Positions 57,135-64,000 of a stretch of DNA of 64,000 nucleotides are shown piece by piece. The position numbers were made by a program, and so were the translations under genes. This stretch comes from Octopus vulgaris (Eukaryota). The stretch is from NCBI GenBank assembly GCA_951406725.2, contig OX597840.1, positions 32,116,001-32,180,000 on the forward strand, written 5' to 3'. The first letter of the stretch is position 1; each line of letters starts with the position of its first letter. The notes beneath the pieces are model-generated. The model worked only from the letters and a program-made list of their open reading frames with translations. It had not been told where the DNA came from and made no database searches.

Positions 57135-57916
57135 ATTTCTTCATTGCCCATAAAGGGCTAAACATAGAGGGGACAAACAAGGGCAGACAAAGGGATTAAG
57201 TCGATTACATCGACCCCATTACGTAATTGGTACTTCTTTAATCGACTCCGAAAGGATGAAAGGCAAAGTCGACCTCGGCGGAATTTGAACTCAGAACGTA
57301 GCGGCAGACGAAATACCTATTTCTTTACTACCCACAAGGGGCTAAACACAGAGGGGACAAACAAGGACAGACAAAGGGATTAAGTCGATTATATCGACCC
57401 CATTACGTAATTGGTACTTCTTTAATCGACACCGAAAGGATGAAAGGCAAAGTCGACCTCGGCGGAATTTGAACTCAGAACGTGGCGGCAGACGAAATAC
57501 CTATTTCTTTACTACCCACAAGGGGCTAAACACAGAGGGGACAAACAAGGTCAGACAAACGGATTAAATCGATTACATCGACCCAGTGCGTAACTGGTAC
57601 TTAATTTATCGACCCCGAAAGGATGAAAGGCAAAGTCAACCTCGGCGGAATTTGAACTCAGAACGTGGCAGCAGACGAAATACCTATTTCTTTACTACCC
57701 AGAAGGGGCTAAACACAGAGGGGACAAACAAGGACAGACAAACGGATTAAGTCGATTACATCGATCCCAATGCGGAACTGGTACTTAATTTATCAACCCC
57801 GAAAGGATGAAAGGCAAAGTCGACCTCGGCGGAATTTGATCTCAGAACGTAACGGCAGACGAAATACGGCTACGCATTTCGCCCGGCGTGCTAACGTTTC
57901 TGCCAGCTCGCCGCCC
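57135..57916 (-). mobile_element. SINE-A tetramer with complete head
   Basis: 26-bp TSD tgagaggtaatgggt(a/t)ttgaatatct at 57109-57134 and 57919-57944. Confidence 0.92.
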
Positions 57917-58299
57917 TGTGAGAGGTAATGGGTTTTGAATATCTTCTGAAGCGGATATAAAGCTAAATCAAAGAAAATTAGTCATTTCCATTGGTTGTAT
58001 CTTAAAGTTCAAATTTGCATCCAACTGCATTGTCTAAAATCTTCTATCGACTCATCTTACTGCGCGATTTATCAACTTTACTTCTTATCTTTAAAAACCA
58101 TATTTTTAGATTTTTTAAACACTCCTGGGTGGAGTTTATTTTACTAATTGATTTGATAATCTTATTAAACTTTAATTAGGTAGATGACATCCCATTGTAC
58201 AGCAGGTATGTGATACCCCATTGTACAGTCTGTCTATCTGCCTGTCTGTCTATCTACCTGTCTGTATGTATGTATATCTGTCGGTCTGCTTGTCTCTGC

Positions 58300-58350
<51 letters not shown>

Positions 58351-58351
58351 A

Positions 58352-58645
58352 CTTGCTTTCCCTCTATACACCATTCATCATGACACTGTGATACACGATC
58401 CCTATTGATCGTTTTTTCCCCTCTCCTCCTTTTTCCTCTATTTTCTTCTTTTTCCATTTTTCTTTTCTTTTTTCCCTTTTTTCTTTTTTTTCTTTTCCTT
58501 TTTTCTCCTATTTTTTGTTCTTTTTTCCCTTTTACGATCCCTTTTGATCGAAAACCTACGCCACCTTTTTTTTCTCCCCAAAAGAAAAGCTCTACCTTGT
58601 AACTTGTCCTATCTGTGTGCAGCCCTGTGTGGCCAATAAAGAAAC
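58352..58645 (+). mobile_element. Putative LINE 3' UTR fragment between (CTAT)n tracts
   Basis: T-rich tract, then agccctgtgtggccAATAAAgaaac, which resembles the SINE-A tail. Confidence 0.55.
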
Positions 58646-58694
<49 letters not shown>

Positions 58695-58696
58695 CT

Positions 58697-58753
<57 letters not shown>

Positions 58754-58952
58754 TGACGGATGTGATGACGTTTCAGCTCCGAAGGTAATCATTTATTTTG
58801 ACTATTTATAGGCCAATTTTTGTGTAGATTTTTGCAAATAAGGTGTGTAAGGCAACCAACTTTCGTTTGGGTGCTTTTCCAAGGAGGAATTCGCCCCTAG
58901 GGCCAGTTGCGACCCCATTTCATTTCTGTTATTTTCTTCTCGACATTAGAAA

Positions 58953-60845
58953 ATGTCTAGAAATTTTATTGTTGAACGCTGGTCGCGTTCTTTTTTGGAA
59001 CAACATTTTCCTAGTCTGGAAACGACAGAGAAAAAAAAGAACGTTCGCACGGAAAATGCCAACGTGAAATTCGGTGAAAGGAACGCTGCAACCACGTGCG
59101 TTAACAGCCCTGTCACCACCGCCACCACCACCACTAACAACAGCAACCACGAGACAACAACTGCTACCACCACCACCTCCACCACCACCACCACCACTAC
59201 CACGACCAACATAAATGATAAAAATAAAACTGAAACGAAAACTATTGACAAAAACAACAGCAACAACAAGAACAACAATAAAAATGAACTATCTAATAGT
59301 GAAGATGCTAATACAAAAAAGTCAACAACAGTAAATTTCGCAGATATTCTTCGCCAGAAAAAGGAGATTGTTACATTCACAAATGAAGAGCTCATAGAAA
59401 CAAGAGCTCTCTTTACAACCCGTGGACAAGATTTAGTCCTGCATACACCTCAACATATAAAACAAGAAATTGAAAATAAGACAATTGTATATAAAATTAT
59501 TAGAAAAAACAAAAAACCAAATGAACAGATTACAAAAACTGATGTGGAGAAATGTTTAAAAAACATAATGAAAGAAAAAGAGTATATAAACTGGGGTCCC
59601 CAGTTTAACACAGTAGTGGTCCGCTTCCCTAACCAGGAAGTGGCAAAAGCTCACTCTACTGAGTCTCTGGGAAATGATGAAATCATCATGGTCCCTTATT
59701 ATAAAAACCAGAGGGTGAGTAGAATTACTATCAGAAATGTACCCCCCGATATGCCGAACAAATGGATAACAGGGGCAATCTGTTACCACTTGAAAAAGAT
59801 CAATATTCTAGAAACAGCCGTGTACCTAAACGACAATTGGGGTGGAAAAACAGTAGTAGTGACCATCCAGATTGAGGGGGCCTCTATCGAGAGCCTACCC
59901 GACAAGATATACTTGGAGAATGGGCAATGCCTATATGTTATGGCAGAAGGCAAAAAGCCTAGATGCTACAAATGTGGCAGCCCCGAACATTTGATTGCCA
60001 AGTGCGATCTGGTACAGAAAAAACAAGAAAGAACAATTCAGAAAACAAATAAAATCCCTTTGTTGCCAACACCAACACCAACACCAACACACTCAATTAT
60101 GGAACAACGCCAAGAAAAACAACAAACCAGCAAACAAACCCCAACAACATCACCAAGAAAAACAGTACCAACACAATCACCGTTGACTTCACAACCAATT
60201 AAACCTGTTGAATTAACAAAAAATAGACCCACGCCCACACCCAGGACGACAATTAAAAAGACAGAAAACACTGACGAGAAGACAAATGCTACCCCTAACA
60301 CCACAACAACACAAACACCGCACAAAACATCAACAATTTATACAAGCATACATAGTAATGCAAATGTTTTGTCTCTACCCCATACTGATACGTCGGACGA
60401 CGAAAGTTCGACGGAATGGCAAATAGCCACAGGGGGTAAAAGAAAAAGATCCAAAAAATCCACCAAACAAGGAATTAAAGCAGGGAGATATCTAACTCAG
60501 GACAACATCCCCCTAGACAATCAAAAAAGTAATGAACCCGTAAAACCACACACACAACTAACTGCAATAGACACAGACAATAAAGAATTAATGGACTACA
60601 TCAAATCTAACATGGTCGTCTGTGAAGATGACTTTAAGACAAACAATCATCCGCACACCACACCACCGAAACACATCAGAATTTTACACATAACACAAGC
60701 ACAACACCACATACTGAAAACATTATTTCCGAATGCGGTAGGCGGGTATCAACGATACCTGTCGAAAAAACTATACAAACACCTCATCAAAAACGATACA
60801 AAAGAAGAAGAAGAAAAAAATGAAACTTTTAAAATGAGTAAGTGA
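58953..60845 (+). CDS. L1/Tx1-clade ORF1 (nucleic-acid binding, CCHC knuckle)
   Basis: 630-aa ORF with CYKCGSPEHLIAKC and a Thr/Pro-rich linker, 57 bp upstream of ORF2. Confidence 0.85.
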   Translation: MSRNFIVERWSRSFLEQHFPSLETTEKKKNVRTENANVKFGERNAATTCVNSPVTTATTTTNNSNHETTTATTTTSTTTTTTTTTNINDKNKTETKTIDKNNSNNKNNNKNELSNSEDANTKKSTTVNFADILRQKKEIVTFTNEELIETRALFTTRGQDLVLHTPQHIKQEIENKTIVYKIIRKNKKPNEQITKTDVEKCLKNIMKEKEYINWGPQFNTVVVRFPNQEVAKAHSTESLGNDEIIMVPYYKNQRVSRITIRNVPPDMPNKWITGAICYHLKKINILETAVYLNDNWGGKTVVVTIQIEGASIESLPDKIYLENGQCLYVMAEGKKPRCYKCGSPEHLIAKCDLVQKKQERTIQKTNKIPLLPTPTPTPTHSIMEQRQEKQQTSKQTPTTSPRKTVPTQSPLTSQPIKPVELTKNRPTPTPRTTIKKTENTDEKTNATPNTTTTQTPHKTSTIYTSIHSNANVLSLPHTDTSDDESSTEWQIATGGKRKRSKKSTKQGIKAGRYLTQDNIPLDNQKSNEPVKPHTQLTAIDTDNKELMDYIKSNMVVCEDDFKTNNHPHTTPPKHIRILHITQAQHHILKTLFPNAVGGYQRYLSKKLYKHLIKNDTKEEEEKNETFKMSK

Positions 60846-60902
60846 CCTCACTTCTTGCCTCTTGTCTCTTCTAATATAGTGTGTAAAACACAATTTTCGT
60901 AA

Positions 60903-63900
60903 ATGTCAAGTATGCTTAAATTAGGTTGTGTGAATGCGCGTGGCTTGGCGTCGGCTTGGAAGCAAGGTTACCTTCTAAACGACATCAAGTCACTGGACGT
61001 GGATATAGTAGCTATCAGCGAAACCAGACTCAGTAAGCCGCGGGCCCTCGAGTCCATGTTTGGCAATCAATTTGACATTTATTTTTCTCCCTGTCTGCCG
61101 AACATGGGTGGTGGAGGTACTGCAGTGCTTTTTCGAAAGAGTCTAAAAGTAAAAGTAAGAGCAATATTCCTAGACCCGGAGGGTAGGCTGGTTGTCTTGG
61201 ACGTGGATGGCAGAAATGGGTGTGCATTCCGTATGATGGCAGTTTATGCACCGTCCTTAACGGGTCGGGCGGATTTCTTCAGACGTCTAGAGGTTTTCCT
61301 GGGTACGTCTAGACCTTTACTGTTAGTAGGGGATTGGAACGCTACCTTGGACACGCATCTAGATTATGTGGGAAGGGATAGGAATAGAAGGGGGTGTAAG
61401 AGCCTCAAAGACCTGCTCAGACGTTTCCATTTGTCTGACAGGTTCCGACTCGACCATCCGAACGTGCCAACGTGGACTTGGACAAACCGCGTCGGATCGT
61501 CGAGATCTTATCTAGATAGAATTCTATGCAGGACAGCCGATAGGGATAGTGTAGGATGTCCACAATTTAAAATAGTCAGCTACACAGATCACAAATTTGT
61601 TACGTGTACGCTCGACTTAGATAAAACACATAGGCAGGGTCCCGGTTACTGGAAACTGAACACGTCGCTGTTAGCGCGACAGGTTTACAGGAACCGGATT
61701 AGCGAGTTAATTAAGAGGGCGCTGACAGGAGCGGTCGTTAACAACCGCTGGTGGTACGCCCTGAAAATGGCAATAAAATCGGAATCAATTAGGTTTAGCA
61801 AGGAATTAGCGATAGAACGAAATAGAGTAGAGGGAGACTTAGTTAAGAAACTAGAAGAGGCACTTACCAACGTGCTGGCTGCGAGGATGGCCCTCGACCA
61901 ACACCTCAACGCCAAGCACGAAGGTTGCGTCGTCAGAGCTAAAATGCGTGCCTTAAGGAACGAAGGGATTGAAGCTGCGCGAGAGGCCCGGGTAGCGGAG
62001 GCGCAGCGTGGCAACAGATCAACCATTCGGTCTCTAATAGATCAACAGGGATGCAGTTTACTCGAACCCGAAAGGATGTGTGAGGCCTTTCAACAGCACT
62101 TTGCTCGACTGTTTGGTGCGAGTGGTGGGTCGGAACGAGGGATGGATTTCAGTGCCTACCTGACCGACCTGCCGCGGCTCTCGGCAAGAGAAGCGGAGTG
62201 TTGTGAAAGTCCCATCACAGCCGCTGACGTGTGGGATGCGATGGCGGGCTGCGCGAGGGATAAGTCGCCTGGATTGGATGGTTTACCCTACGAGCTGTAT
62301 TGTCGAATGCCAGACTTGTTTGGCGACCTCTTGGCATCAGTCTACTGCAACTGGCAACAAAACGGGAGAATCCCCGGTTTCGTGAGCCGAGGTGCAGTGA
62401 CGTTGCTGAAGAAAGACTCAAACAAGGGGAATTTTATAGATAATTTCAGGCCCATCACTCTGCTCAACGCAGATTTGAAAATTTTGGCCAAAGTAATAGC
62501 CGAGAGGTTGGCGCTTGTCATTGGTAAACTGGTCGACAGGGCGCAAACATGCGCCGTGCCGGGCAGAACCATACATGACAACCTCCATCTGATGCGCTAC
62601 ATTGTGGACAGGGTAGTTAAGGATCCTGGCATGGGTGGGGCGCTGATAAATTTGGATCAGTCTAAAGCCTTCGATAGGGTCGACCATCGGTACTTGGCGG
62701 CCGTCCTCAGGGCGGCTGACTTCGGTCCCGTCTTCCGCGGTTGGATCGCTGCCTTGTATAGCGGCATCCGATCGGTGATTCGGGTGAACGGTCACCTGTC
62801 TAAACCGTTTAACATCACGCGTTCGGTCCGTCAGGGTGTCCCCTGTCGGCGCTTCTGTATGTATTGACTCTCGAGCCGCTACTGCGGAAGCTGGCGACAC
62901 TGAGGGGCATCCCACGGGAACTGGGTTGCGGGACGAGCGTGTCGGCATATGCGGACGATGTCACCGTCATAGTGTCGAGCTACCAGCACATCGAGCTGGT
63001 CGGCGAGACACTAAGAAAATATGAAACGGTGACGGGAGCAAAGATTAACCCGGAAAAGTCAGTGGGTTTGCTACTCGGCACCTGGAGAAGCAAGCCCATG
63101 CCGTCCGACTGCGGCTCAGTAGTGGGACGCTGGACGGACGGACCGGTTAAATTGCTCGGGGTCTGGTTCAGTCCGGACCTCCAAATGGATAAGAACTGGG
63201 ACGAGATCACGAGTAGAGTGGTCGCTCTCAGCCAAACATGGGCCGAGAGAAAGCTGTCTCTAAAAGGCCGGGCGGAGGTGGCGAACGCGTACATCGCATC
63301 CGTCATCGATTACCGCCTGACCGTCGTACCTTGTCCCAACGCCACCGTCACCAAACTGGAACGCATACTCTTCCGCTTCCTGTGGAAGGGTGGCGTTTCG
63401 ATGGTGAGGAAGTCCATTTGCTGTCAACATCCGTTGAATGGAGGACTGGGCATGCCGTGGTTGATGATGCGCAGGCATGCGCTGAGACTGCGACATCTCT
63501 GGAAATTCATCGACGACGGTGAACAGGTGTGGGCGCCGTTTGTGAGGCGCGACTTCCCGCAGCTCGTCTCACTGACCGAACTGCAAACGTGGATCAAAAA
63601 GAGACCGAAACTGGGCGATTGGCACCGAGAGTGTCGCCAAGCTCTACAGCAGCTCTGCCGACCGGGGTCAAACTTGTGCAACTTCCAAACGACTAAAGCG
63701 TTCTATAGAGGACTAGTGGAGGGGAGGTCCGACGACACACTCGGGGCAAACCTGGGCGTCGACGAGGAATTCCTAACCCGCCTGTTCAGGACGACGTTCG
63801 GGCCGGGGCCTATGGATAACTTCCAGAAATCCCTGGCTTGGCAGTGCTATCGAGACGCACTACCTGTTCGAGAGAAGAGCTACAGACACGGTTCGAAAAC

Positions 63901-64000
63901 CATCACCGGACCGACCTGCCCGAGATGCGGTCAGAGCGACGAAACCGTTCTGCACGCACTCGTGCAGTGTCCAGATATTTCAGAGCTGTGGTCCTTCGTC
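60903..64000 (+). CDS. L1/Tx1-clade ORF2 (APE endonuclease, RT, C-terminal Zn finger); frameshift at ~62837; runs off window
   Basis: NARGL, SET, GDWN, SYLDRI, TDH, GPGYWKLN, KSPGLDGL, FRPITLLN, KAFDRV; shifted frame gives CPLS, YADD (62948) and CPRC...ETVLHALVQC. Confidence 0.93.

Overview
Repeat-saturated, AT-rich eukaryotic DNA with no recognisable host protein-coding gene. The SINE families and microsatellite load suggest a coleoid cephalopod such as Octopus (inference). Nearly all ORF-track entries are microsatellite or SINE artefacts. Real coding remnants are all retroelements: a near-intact L1/Tx1-clade LINE (58.8 kb to window end, one frameshift), R4/Dong-type RLE elements in (TAA)n, CR1-group and RTE fragments, and a Penelope-like GIY-YIG remnant. 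Three tRNA-derived SINE families (called A, B and C here) and non-autonomous Helitrons fill much of the rest. Two things stand out. (1) At least six short elements ending in (TA)n carry minimal type-I hammerhead ribozyme motifs; three unrelated ones share a non-canonical CCGANGA core and one is a head-to-head palindromic pair. (2) SINE-A forms one-head, many-body multimers with a fixed junction, including a 32-unit, 5.9-kb array inside a single 16-bp TSD; its tail matches a putative Tx1 3' end lying in (CTAT)n.
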